The position numbers and the translations under genes are program-made. The notes beneath the pieces are model-generated. The model worked only from the letters and a program-made list of their open reading frames with translations, was not told the origin of the DNA and made no database searches. Shown here in pieces: positions 19,068-28,679 of a DNA stretch of 64,000 bases. This stretch comes from an uncultured bacterium (GTDB taxonomy: Bacteria > CSSED10-310 > CAZUFC01), in NCBI GenBank assembly GCA_964619725.1, contig CAZUFC010000013.1:1-64000 (forward strand), written 5' to 3'. Position 1 is the stretch's first letter; each line of letters starts with the position of its first letter.

Positions 19068-21383
19068 TTGGAGAGGGTAAAGGAAAAGAAAAACATCAGG
19101 GTCAACGTCTGGGGTGTCGTTCAGGGTGTGGGTTTCCGGCCTTTTATATATCGGATTGCTTTGCGCCGGGGACTTGAAGGATGGGTCAGAAACACATCGG
19201 AAAAGGTAGAGATTGAGATTGAGGGTCATGAAAATGCTCTCAGGACATTTCTGGACGAGTTGAAGTCGGAGGCGCCGCCGGTTTCCCGGATAGAGAAGGT
19301 TGAGGTGGTAAGAGGCGAGGTTAAGGGATATGATTCTTTCCGCATAGTAAAAAGTCTCGAGCAGAGTTCGCTGTATCAGTTGGTATCTCCGGACATAGCG
19401 GTATGCGGTGATTGCATAAGGGAGATAATTTCGCCGAAAGACAGAAGATACAGGTATGCGTTTACCAACTGCACCAATTGCGGGCCGCGTTTTACTATAA
19501 TAGAGGATATCCCCTATGATCGACCCAAGACGACAATGCGCGAGTTTGAGATGTGTTCCAGTTGCCGGAGCGAATATGAGGATATGTTGGACAGGAGATT
19601 TCATGCGCAACCTAATGCCTGTCCGGTTTGCGGTCCGCAACTGGAGTTAAGGGACAGGAATGATGATAGGGTAGAATCGAAGGATATAATCAGGAGTGCG
19701 GCTGAATTGCTTAACCAGGGAAATATACTGGCGATAAAAGGACTGGGCGGTTTTCAATTGGCGTGCGATGCGACGAATTCGAAGGCAGTGGAAGAATTGA
19801 GGAAGCGGAAGAAGCGGCCGGCAAAACCTTTTGCGGTTATGATAAAATCGTTGGATGAAGTGAGAAAGCATTGTCTGGTGAACAGTGCGGAGAAGCATAC
19901 GCTGGAATCGCCCGAAAGTCCCATCGTTCTGCTGAGATGGAAAACCGAGGTATCGGATATTACGGAGGAGACGGCGCCGGGATTGAAATATCTGGGCGTC
20001 ATGTTGCCTTATACGCCGCTGCATTACCTGCTTCTGCATGATTGTGGAAAACCTCTGATTATGACCAGCGGAAACGTCAGCGAAGAAACTATTGCGAAGG
20101 ACAACGAAGAAGCGCTGGAGAAGTTGAAGGGGATCGCTGATTATTTCGTACTGCACAATCGCGATATCCGGGCGAGATATGACGACAGCGTTTACATGAC
20201 GGAAGTGAAGACTCAGCCGATCAGGAGGGCCCGGGGAGTCGCTCCTTATCCGGTTTTTCTTCCTTTCCGTTCGAAACAAATCCTGGCGTGCGGGGCTGAA
20301 GAAAAAAATACGATATGCCTGACGAAAGACGATCATGCTTTCGTCAGTCAACATATTGGAGACCTGGAGAACCTGGAGACCCTGGAAAGTTTTGAAGAAA
20401 CCATAGAAATTTACCGGAGATTATTCAGGATCGATCCGGAGTGGGCGGCCTGCGATCTACACCCGGAATACCTTTCCTCTAAATATGCCCGTGAAAAAGC
20501 AAGAGAGATGAATATTCCTTTGATCGAGGTGCAGCACCATCACGCTCATATCGCAAGCGGAATGGTCGAGTACGGGTTGCAGGAACCGGTTATAGGAGCC
20601 GCGCTTGACGGGACCGGTTATGGAGCGGATGGAACCATCTGGGGAGGGGAATTTCTGGTTGCCGATTTACATGGATATAAGCGGGCGGCGCATTTAGAGA
20701 CCTTACCGTTGGCCGGGGGAGCTGCAGCAATAAAAAAGCCTTATCGCGCGGCCCTGGGTTACATTTATTCTTTATTCGGAGATGATTTTCCATGGGATGA
20801 GTTGCCGCTGAAGGCGAATAAGACGGAACGCGGGATCATTCGGAAACAGGTTGAAAAAGGGATAAACGCTCCGCTGACTTCCAGCGCAGGACGCCTGTTC
20901 GATGCCGTTTCCGCCATGCTGGGAATAAGACAAACAATAGATTACAGCGCCCAGGCCGCTATCGAGCTTGAAATGGCGGCTTCAAGCCCGCGGATGTTTC
21001 ATGATCTGAATGATGAGTTTGTTGATCCTTATGCTTATTCGATAGTTGGGGGAGAGCCGGCGGTTATACAGCTTAAAGAACTGTTTTGGAGCGTAACGCA
21101 GGACATCATGGGCAAAAAAACGAAGCGCGAAATATCAGACAGATTCCATATGACAGTAGCCTGCATTGTTTTAGATACGGTTCGTCGCATTTCAGAAACG
21201 ACCGGAATAAACAAGGTCGTTCTCAGCGGCGGCGTTTTTCAGAACCGACTGCTTTTGAATTTGACTTATCGGCTTTTAATGAAAAATAAATTTGAAGTGT
21301 TCATCCATCATTTGCTACCATGCAATGACGGATGCATCGCCCTGGGACAGGCGGCGGTCGCCGCTGCAAAAGCAGACCATTAA
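19068..21383 (+). CDS. hypF: Carbamoyltransferase HypF
   Basis: GVVQGVGFRPF acylphosphatase domain, CTNCGPRF zinc fingers, QHHHAH, GRLFDAV, NDG.IALGQ. Confidence 0.97.
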   Translation: MERVKEKKNIRVNVWGVVQGVGFRPFIYRIALRRGLEGWVRNTSEKVEIEIEGHENALRTFLDELKSEAPPVSRIEKVEVVRGEVKGYDSFRIVKSLEQSSLYQLVSPDIAVCGDCIREIISPKDRRYRYAFTNCTNCGPRFTIIEDIPYDRPKTTMREFEMCSSCRSEYEDMLDRRFHAQPNACPVCGPQLELRDRNDDRVESKDIIRSAAELLNQGNILAIKGLGGFQLACDATNSKAVEELRKRKKRPAKPFAVMIKSLDEVRKHCLVNSAEKHTLESPESPIVLLRWKTEVSDITEETAPGLKYLGVMLPYTPLHYLLLHDCGKPLIMTSGNVSEETIAKDNEEALEKLKGIADYFVLHNRDIRARYDDSVYMTEVKTQPIRRARGVAPYPVFLPFRSKQILACGAEEKNTICLTKDDHAFVSQHIGDLENLETLESFEETIEIYRRLFRIDPEWAACDLHPEYLSSKYAREKAREMNIPLIEVQHHHAHIASGMVEYGLQEPVIGAALDGTGYGADGTIWGGEFLVADLHGYKRAAHLETLPLAGGAAAIKKPYRAALGYIYSLFGDDFPWDELPLKANKTERGIIRKQVEKGINAPLTSSAGRLFDAVSAMLGIRQTIDYSAQAAIELEMAASSPRMFHDLNDEFVDPYAYSIVGGEPAVIQLKELFWSVTQDIMGKKTKREISDRFHMTVACIVLDTVRRISETTGINKVVLSGGVFQNRLLLNLTYRLLMKNKFEVFIHHLLPCNDGCIALGQAAVAAAKADH

Positions 21384-21403
21384 TTTATCAGGAGGAATGA
21401 CAA

Positions 21404-21622
21404 ATGTGTGTTGCCGTTCCTGGTCGTATTAAATCGATTGAAGGAACAGAAGCGGAAGTAGAGATCGGCGGAATAACAAGACGCACGAGTCTCTATCTGA
21501 CTCCTCAGGCGAAAGTGGGCGATTACGTTTTGATTCACGCCGGATACGCCATCAACGTCATAGATGAGGAGGACGCTAAAGAAACTTTAAGGCTTTTTCG
21601 CGAAATAGCCGAAGCAGGCTGA
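21404..21622 (+). CDS. hypC: Hydrogenase chaperone HypC
   Basis: MCVAVP N-terminus, VGDYVLIHAGYA. Confidence 0.95.
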   Translation: MCVAVPGRIKSIEGTEAEVEIGGITRRTSLYLTPQAKVGDYVLIHAGYAINVIDEEDAKETLRLFREIAEAG

Positions 21623-21629
21623 GGAAGAA

Positions 21630-22724
21630 GTGAAGTATTCTAAAGAATATCAGAATCCTGAGTATGCGGAAAAAATAATAAACCGGATAAGGCAGAGGAA
21701 GCTTCCGCGAGTCAGATTCATGGAGTTTTGCGGGGGACATACGGTGACCATTTTCCGTTATGCCATAAGGGATGTGCTGCCCGATGAGATTGAAATGGTT
21801 TCCGGTCCCGGATGCCCCGTATGCGTCACATCCATGCGTGACATTGATAAAGCCGTTTTGACAGCTCAGTCTGAAGACGCGATCATAACTACTTTCGGGG
21901 ATATGATGAAGGTGCCGGGCTCGCATTCCAGCCTGCAGGAAGCCAAAGCGGAGGGCGCTGACGTCCGGATGGTCTATTCAACCATGGATGCCCTGGAAAT
22001 TGCCCGAACCCATCGGGACAGAAAGGTCGTCTTCCTGGGCATAGGTTTTGAAACGACCGCTCCGACGGTTGCAGCCTCTATCCTGCAAGCCCGTGAGAAA
22101 GGCATAGACAATTACAGCGTTCTGTCCATGCATAAACTCAGTCCCCCGGCCATTCACGCAGTACTGGAGTCGGGAGATGTTAAATTGGACGGTCTGATCT
22201 GTCCGGGACACGTCTGTGCTGTAATCGGAGCGATTCCCTGGGAGAATCTGGCTCAAAAACATCATATACCTTGCGTTATTTCAGGCTTCGAACCCCTGGA
22301 TATTCTGCTGGCCGTCGATATGATCGCCGCACAAATTGAAGATAACCTCTCGAATGTGGAAATAGCTTATCGTCGAGGAGTAAAAAATGAGGGTAATGTT
22401 CATGCTTTAAATCTCATGAACAGAGTTTTTGAAACTTCTGATGCAGAATGGCGGGGATTGGGGAGAATACCTCGAAGCGGGTTGAAAATAAAAGAGGAAT
22501 ATTCCCGTTTTGATGCAGAAAAGGCTTTTGCCGTCGAACCCGAAGAAAGCCGTGAACCTCCGGGATGCATTTGTGGAGAGATACTGAGAGGAGTGAAAAC
22601 GCCTCTGGATTGCAAACTTTTCGGGAAAAAATGCACACCGGAATCTCCCGTGGGCGCATGCATGGTTTCTGCAGAAGGCTGTTGTTCGACTTATTTTCTG
22701 TACGGAGGAGCAATTGGAAAATAA
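21630..22724 (+). CDS. hypD: Hydrogenase maturation protein HypD
   Basis: MEFCGGHT, GPGCPVCVT, GFETT, PGHV, C-terminal Cys cluster. Confidence 0.97.
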   Translation: MKYSKEYQNPEYAEKIINRIRQRKLPRVRFMEFCGGHTVTIFRYAIRDVLPDEIEMVSGPGCPVCVTSMRDIDKAVLTAQSEDAIITTFGDMMKVPGSHSSLQEAKAEGADVRMVYSTMDALEIARTHRDRKVVFLGIGFETTAPTVAASILQAREKGIDNYSVLSMHKLSPPAIHAVLESGDVKLDGLICPGHVCAVIGAIPWENLAQKHHIPCVISGFEPLDILLAVDMIAAQIEDNLSNVEIAYRRGVKNEGNVHALNLMNRVFETSDAEWRGLGRIPRSGLKIKEEYSRFDAEKAFAVEPEESREPPGCICGEILRGVKTPLDCKLFGKKCTPESPVGACMVSAEGCCSTYFLYGGAIGK

Positions 22725-23718
22725 GATACTTTTATCACATGGAAGCGGTGGTAAACTTTCACAGAAGTTGGTTCGGGAAGTATTTGTCGATGAATTGCAC
22801 AATGAATTTTTAGATAAACTGGACGATTATGCCGCTTTCACCGTCAAAGGGAAGATCGCTTTCACGACCGACAGTTACGTTATAAATCCGATTTTTTTCC
22901 CAGGCGGAGACATCGGTAAACTGGCCGTCTGCGGAACAGTGAACGACGTTTCGATGTCCGGGGCAAGACCTCTGTATTTGAGTCTGGGGATGATTATTGA
23001 AGAGGGGTTATCGATAGAGGATTTGAAGAGAATCGTAAAGTCTGTGCGGATGACGGCGGAGGAAGCTGGAGTGAAAATAGTGGCAGGAGATACAAAGGTA
23101 GTCCACAAAGGGAAAGCGGACCAGCTTTTTATTAATACGACGGGAATAGGAGAAATACCTGACGGCGTAAATATATCAGGAAACAATGCTCAGCCTGGTG
23201 ATGCCGTAATAGTGAGCGGAACGATAGGAGATCACGGCATAGCCGTCATCAGCAGGAGAGAAGGGTTGGAATTCGGGACGGAGCTGGAAAGCGACTGCGC
23301 CCCGCTCAACAGACTGGTTGAAAAAATGCTTGGCATCTGCCCGCAGATTCATTGTATGAGGGACCCCACCAGGGGAGGATTGGCGGTTACCTTAAATGAA
23401 CTGGCGGGGCAATCAGGCGTCGGCATTCATCTGAGACAGAAAGATATACCCGTCAGGGAAGAGGTTGAAGCCGCTTGCGAGATGCTGGGCTTCGATCCTC
23501 TGTATGTTGCTAACGAAGGAAAATTGGTCGCATTCTGTCCATCGCAATATGCCGATAAAATCGTCGAAACCATGAGAAGAACGCGATACGGTGAGAATGC
23601 CGCCGTTATCGGCGAGGTCGTTTCCCGGGGGCCGGGAAAAGTGGTCCTGGAAACGTCCATCGGCGGATCGAGAATCGTCGATATGTTGGTCGGCGATATG
23701 CTTCCGAGGATTTGTTGA
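22714..23718 (+). CDS. hypE: Carbamoyl dehydratase HypE
   Basis: HGSGG, TTDSYV, GTVND, RDPTRGG, C-terminal PRIC. Confidence 0.97.
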   Translation: MENKILLSHGSGGKLSQKLVREVFVDELHNEFLDKLDDYAAFTVKGKIAFTTDSYVINPIFFPGGDIGKLAVCGTVNDVSMSGARPLYLSLGMIIEEGLSIEDLKRIVKSVRMTAEEAGVKIVAGDTKVVHKGKADQLFINTTGIGEIPDGVNISGNNAQPGDAVIVSGTIGDHGIAVISRREGLEFGTELESDCAPLNRLVEKMLGICPQIHCMRDPTRGGLAVTLNELAGQSGVGIHLRQKDIPVREEVEAACEMLGFDPLYVANEGKLVAFCPSQYADKIVETMRRTRYGENAAVIGEVVSRGPGKVVLETSIGGSRIVDMLVGDMLPRIC

Positions 23719-23719
23719 T

Positions 23720-24061
23720 ATGCACGAATTATCCGTTACCCAAAGCATGCTTGAACTTGTTCTGAAACAAGCTGAGGAAAATAATGCTTCAAAAGTCGAA
23801 AAAATAAACATAGTTATCGGTCACATGACCGGGATCGTCGACGAGTGCGTCAAATTTTATTTTGATTTTTTAAGTAAAGGAACCATTGCAGAAGGCGCCG
23901 AACTTTCTGTACAGACGCTGCCTACTCAAGCCGAATGCCGAGATTGCGGTGAAAAATATGAAGTCGGGGAGCTTGACTGGAGTTGTCCTTCTTGCGGAAG
24001 CCTTCGCATCAAGATGGTCTCAGGAAAAGAACTTTATGTGGAAAGTATAGAGGTGGAATAA
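23720..24061 (+). CDS. hypA: Nickel metallochaperone HypA
   Basis: MHELS start at 23720; CRDC/CPSC zinc motifs. Confidence 0.95.
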   Translation: MHELSVTQSMLELVLKQAEENNASKVEKINIVIGHMTGIVDECVKFYFDFLSKGTIAEGAELSVQTLPTQAECRDCGEKYEVGELDWSCPSCGSLRIKMVSGKELYVESIEVE

Positions 24062-24063
24062 AA

Positions 24064-24723
24064 ATGGAAGTTAAAGTACTGAAAAATATTTTGGGCGCGA
24101 ACGATCAAATCGCTGGGGAGAATCTCAGAATAGCCCGGGAGAAAAAAGTCTTTGTGGTCAACGTTATGGCTACTCCGGGCGCCGGCAAAACGAGCCTTAT
24201 TCTGCACACTATCAGGAAACTGAAGAGAAAGGTCAGAGTCGGAGTCATTGAGGGAGATGTCGCCTCTCAGGTGGATGCTGATATTGTCGCCAAAGAGGAC
24301 GTTCCGGTTCTTCAGATAAATACCGGCGGCGCATGTCACCTTGATGCGCGCATGCTCTCAGGCGCTTACAAGGATATGGACCTTGATCAGATCGATCTGC
24401 TCTTCATTGAAAACGTGGGTAATCTCATCTGCACGGCCGGATACAACCTGGGCGAACACCTTAAAATAGTCATATCAAGCGTCCCCGAAGGCGATGATAA
24501 GCCCTATAAGTATCCCCACATGTTCCACAAAGTCGATGTCGTTCTGCTGAATAAGGTCGACCTGAAACCTTATGTAAAATTTAATTTCGATTCCTTTGAA
24601 AAAGCCGTCGGCACGATTAATGAGAACCATACCATTCTGCCGGTTTCCTGTGAGACAGGTGAAGGCATCGATGAATGGATCGACTGGCTGATGAAAAAAT
24701 TCCGGGAGACAAATCCGTCTTAG
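24064..24723 (+). CDS. hypB: Nickel incorporation GTPase HypB
   Basis: PGAGKT, GACHLDA, ENVGNLIC, EGDDKP.KYP, NKVD. Confidence 0.96.
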   Translation: MEVKVLKNILGANDQIAGENLRIAREKKVFVVNVMATPGAGKTSLILHTIRKLKRKVRVGVIEGDVASQVDADIVAKEDVPVLQINTGGACHLDARMLSGAYKDMDLDQIDLLFIENVGNLICTAGYNLGEHLKIVISSVPEGDDKPYKYPHMFHKVDVVLLNKVDLKPYVKFNFDSFEKAVGTINENHTILPVSCETGEGIDEWIDWLMKKFRETNPS

Positions 24724-24791
24724 GGTTTCAGAACTGAGAACCATAAAATTCAGAACTGCGGTTTATCCGCTGATTTCATCCTGGTCCTGCC

Positions 24792-27107
24792 TTGAATAAA
24801 ATTCTGCCTTACATCCTCTTTTTTTCCTTCCCTTTTGTTTTTTTCGCCTGCTCAGAGCTAAAAAAAGAGCAGAACAGGAATACGTCTCAATACAAATTGA
24901 AATACGACCTAATCGAACTGAATCCGTATGCAGAAATTTTTGAAGAAACGAAAGAAATATTCTTCTACCGGGGGGCAGACAGAACCAACCTGATAGAAGG
25001 GTGGACGGACGATGAGGAAATGAGCTGGTCGAACAGGAAAAAATCAACCTTGCACGTGCATTTCATGAACAAAGATACTAAAGATATGAGCCTGAGAATT
25101 AAGCCTCTTCATTATCCGGAAAGTCCGGGGCAGACTTTGCAAGTTTTTCTGAACGGCGAGTCTCTTGAAAAGTTGAAATTGAAAAAGGGGTGGCGCACTT
25201 ATCGCGTGAGGCTGCCGGGGAGTCGCCTTAACGCGGGTTTGAACGAGATTCAATTTGAATACGGGTATTTAAAGGCTCCGAGAGACGTTTATCCCAATAG
25301 TACCGATCCGAGAACCTTGGGAGTCGGTTTCAGAGAAATTCGCTTTGATGGAAAAGAACCTCAGATCGGAGATAAAGGCGTGCCAGAGAAAAGTTCAGCG
25401 GAACAAGATTTTCCGCTTGAATATAAGAATGAGAATATCGTAATTAAACGACCATTGCAGATAGATTATTACCTGGAGTTACCTGAAAAATGCGAGCTTC
25501 GATTAAGCGGTTTTACGAAGGGGAATGCGGAAGTGACGGTAACCGCAGAAACAGACGAACAACCCGGAAGGGTGCTGGGAAAATACGTATTTGATGAACT
25601 GAAGGAGCCGCAGGAGCTGAATGTAAGGATACCCGAAATTTACAGCGGGATAGCCAGGCTTTCTTTCATCTTTTCAGTTAATTCCCTTGGAAACGGACTG
25701 GAGTTTTACGATGCGGGGCTTTACGCCGAGGTCAAACGCGGAGCGCTGGTTTCCAGTGCGGGGGGATTTTCCCGCGGTCAGAAAAAGGAAAATGAAAGCC
25801 GGCGCAGCGGCAATGTCATCATTTATGTAATAGATGCACTGCGGGCCGATGCATTGGGAGCCTACGGGAATCCCGAAGGTCTAACGCCGGAAATGGATGC
25901 TCTCGCTCAATCTTCCGCTCTGTTCGCAAAAGCGCGCAGTCAATCTTCCTGGACCCGTTCATCCGTCGCGACCATTCTTACGGGATTATATCCGTCTGAA
26001 CATGGAGCGCTGAAAAGGACCGACGGCATAAGGAAGGGGATAAAATCTATCGCCGACTATTTGAATGAGGCGGATTACACGACAATCGGATTAACGACAA
26101 ATGGAAATATTGAAGGGAAAAGTTTCAGGAGAGGATTCGATCATTTCCTTCATCTTGCCGAAAACCTGAATAACCCCGCTGTTCACAGAACCGGAATCGA
26201 ATTGAACGAAACGATCTTTGAGATAATCGATTCCTGTTCTGACCGCCCTTTCTTTATTTATGCTCATGCCACAGACCCGCACAGTCCCTACGTTCCTCCG
26301 AGAAAATACAAAGAACGGTTTTTCGGCATGAAAAACTCTCAATTGAACGGGAGTTCCGCAGCATTGAGAAGACTGCTTCGGGACCGGATTAACATTACGA
26401 ACGAACAGATCGACGCCGTTTATAATCTTTACAAAGCTGAAGTCGCTTTCGTCGACCGGGCTGTCGGCGATTTCATCAGAGGCCTTAAAACACGTAATTT
26501 ATGGAATGATATGCTTTTCATCCTTACAGCCGATCACGGAGAAGAGTTCTTCGAACACGGCAATCTGGAACACGGGCGAAGCCTTTACGAAGAACAGCTT
26601 CATATTCCACTTATCATTAAAATCGCTCATTCAGCCAATTCAAAACTGGTTTCTGCCCCTGTTATGCACCTCGATATTCTGCCTACCGCTCTCAGTCAAT
26701 TACAGCTAAATCAGATGGCCCGCAAATTGCCAGGCATCGATATGATGCTCCTGCCGGACTCCATAATTCGAAATCCTTCCAGAAACCTCTACGCTGAATT
26801 GAATCTCGACCGCTTGCAATTGGAAACTTTTTACTTCAAAAACTGGAAATTCATCCTTAATGAACTCAAATACGATTACTGGGGCGATATTGTTCCGAGC
26901 GGCGCATTATTGAACGTTAAAGAAGACCCTGAAGAAAAATTCGACCTGGCTGCTGAAAAGAAAATACTGGCCGGGTGGTTCAGGTTCCTTATACGCAAAA
27001 AGAAAATGATCCTGCTGAAAAGGGGAGATGAACGAGGCCCACGCGTGACCGAAGATAAGGGAGAGGAACTTTTGGAGGTCCTTAGAGCCTTGGGGTACGT
27101 CAGTTAA
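24792..27107 (+). CDS. Sulfatase-like hydrolase/transferase (Thr type) with N-terminal beta-sandwich domains, probable lipoprotein
   Basis: Lipobox-like FFAC; DPRTLGVGF; VIDALRAD, WTRSSVATILTG, DPHSPY, TADHGE; ends LRALGYVS. Confidence 0.88.
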   Translation: MNKILPYILFFSFPFVFFACSELKKEQNRNTSQYKLKYDLIELNPYAEIFEETKEIFFYRGADRTNLIEGWTDDEEMSWSNRKKSTLHVHFMNKDTKDMSLRIKPLHYPESPGQTLQVFLNGESLEKLKLKKGWRTYRVRLPGSRLNAGLNEIQFEYGYLKAPRDVYPNSTDPRTLGVGFREIRFDGKEPQIGDKGVPEKSSAEQDFPLEYKNENIVIKRPLQIDYYLELPEKCELRLSGFTKGNAEVTVTAETDEQPGRVLGKYVFDELKEPQELNVRIPEIYSGIARLSFIFSVNSLGNGLEFYDAGLYAEVKRGALVSSAGGFSRGQKKENESRRSGNVIIYVIDALRADALGAYGNPEGLTPEMDALAQSSALFAKARSQSSWTRSSVATILTGLYPSEHGALKRTDGIRKGIKSIADYLNEADYTTIGLTTNGNIEGKSFRRGFDHFLHLAENLNNPAVHRTGIELNETIFEIIDSCSDRPFFIYAHATDPHSPYVPPRKYKERFFGMKNSQLNGSSAALRRLLRDRINITNEQIDAVYNLYKAEVAFVDRAVGDFIRGLKTRNLWNDMLFILTADHGEEFFEHGNLEHGRSLYEEQLHIPLIIKIAHSANSKLVSAPVMHLDILPTALSQLQLNQMARKLPGIDMMLLPDSIIRNPSRNLYAELNLDRLQLETFYFKNWKFILNELKYDYWGDIVPSGALLNVKEDPEEKFDLAAEKKILAGWFRFLIRKKKMILLKRGDERGPRVTEDKGEELLEVLRALGYVS

Positions 27108-27228
27108 TGCGAAGTATGAGACGATGCGTATAAGAAAATGTCATTGAGGTCTTATAGTTTTTTTTTCCGAATATGGTAAGCGCGCGGCAATCATCATAAC
27201 TATTTGAAATATAAACATAATTATTATG

Positions 27229-27257
27229 TTGACACGGATGGTGATTTGTGCTATAAG
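27229..27257 (+). promoter_or_regulatory. Putative sigma70 promoter of gltX
   Basis: TTGACA-N17-TATAAG with extended -10 TG, followed by GGGAGG SD. Confidence 0.65.
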
Positions 27258-27277
27258 GCGAAAGACCGGGAGGTTCA

Positions 27278-28642
27278 ATGGTAAAAATGGAATCAGTTCG
27301 GGTCCGATTCGCCCCCAGTCCTTCAGGAAATCTTCATATTGGAGGAGCCAGAACAGCGCTTTTCAACTGGCTTTTCGCAAAGCATCACCAGGGATCATTT
27401 ATCCTGAGGATCGAGGATACAGACGTATCCAGGACGTATGCGAATGCGGCGAGAGTTGCGATTGAGAGTATGCGATGGCTGGGATTGAATTGGGATGATG
27501 AGATTATTCGCCAAAGCGAGCGTTTGAGCCTGTATAAGGGAATCCAGAACCAATTGCTCGAATCGGGTAAGGCATACAATTGCGATTGCGATCCGGAATT
27601 GAAGAAGGCGGAGAGACGATGTGAGTGTCGTCTAAAGGGTGTGCCTCGGTCGGCAAAGACTGCCCTGCGGTTCAAGACGCCGGAATCCGGGACGACTCGA
27701 TTCAGGGATATGATTCGCGGAGAGTTAACTTTTCAAAACGAGGAGATAGAGGATTTCGTAATAGCCCGCAGCGACGGAACGCCGACTTACAATCTGGCAG
27801 CGGCTGTCGACGATTCGGATATGCGAATCACCCATGTAATCAGGGGTGATGATCACATCAACAACACGCCGAAACAGATTCTTTTGTATGAAGCATTGAA
27901 AATGAGTCTTCCGGAATTCGCACATTTGCCTCAGATATTGGGTCCCGACAGGACGCGTTTAAGCAAGAGGCATGGTGCGGAATCGGTTTTGGTTTATAGA
28001 GAACGGGGATATTTGCCTGAAGCGATGATCAATTGTCTGGCCCGATTATCGTGGGGACACGGCGACAGGGAAATTTTCAGCAGGGAAGAGCTGATAGAGT
28101 TTTTTTCGCTTGATTCCGTCATCAAGTCGCCGGCGATTTTTGATCCGGAGAAGTTGAAGTGGTTGAATTTGCAGCATATAAAAATGATGCCGGACGAAAA
28201 ATTAAAACAATATTTGGAACCATTTCTGGATTCGCATGCTGCAGCGACCATGAAATCGCCGTTATTCGATCATCTTCTGCAATTATTAAAACCCAGATCG
28301 GAAACTTTGAATGATATGAAGGATCAATGCCGGTTTTTCTTCCGTGGAGAGCCGGATTATGATGAAAAAGCCGTAACCAGGTATTTGAAACCGTCAAAAA
28401 CAAGCATCTTTCCTGAATTGATGGATATGTTGGACCGGATGGATGAGTGGAGCGTTTCTTCATTGGAGTCCGGAATACGGAAATTTTTGGAACAGAGGGA
28501 AATGAAGCTTTCCAAAGTCGCTCAGCCGGTGAGGGTGGCATTGACGGGCTCGACGAAAAGTCCCGGATTATTCGATGTGATCTATGTGTTGGGACGAGGG
28601 CGAGTAAAGGATCGGCTGTCAAAGTTTTCAAATAACGACTGA
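27278..28642 (+). CDS. gltX: Glutamate--tRNA ligase
   Basis: RFAPSPSG.LHIGGAR, LRIEDTD, RGDDH..NT, LSKRHG. Confidence 0.96.
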   Translation: MVKMESVRVRFAPSPSGNLHIGGARTALFNWLFAKHHQGSFILRIEDTDVSRTYANAARVAIESMRWLGLNWDDEIIRQSERLSLYKGIQNQLLESGKAYNCDCDPELKKAERRCECRLKGVPRSAKTALRFKTPESGTTRFRDMIRGELTFQNEEIEDFVIARSDGTPTYNLAAAVDDSDMRITHVIRGDDHINNTPKQILLYEALKMSLPEFAHLPQILGPDRTRLSKRHGAESVLVYRERGYLPEAMINCLARLSWGHGDREIFSREELIEFFSLDSVIKSPAIFDPEKLKWLNLQHIKMMPDEKLKQYLEPFLDSHAAATMKSPLFDHLLQLLKPRSETLNDMKDQCRFFFRGEPDYDEKAVTRYLKPSKTSIFPELMDMLDRMDEWSVSSLESGIRKFLEQREMKLSKVAQPVRVALTGSTKSPGLFDVIYVLGRGRVKDRLSKFSNND

Positions 28643-28679
28643 TATTTCACCGCAAATCAAACACCAGGTAGATTTAATC

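Noticed and set aside
19062-20354. Long antisense ORFs (192 and 235 aa) opposite hypF
   Set aside because: Shadow frames of a well-supported gene; no independent motifs
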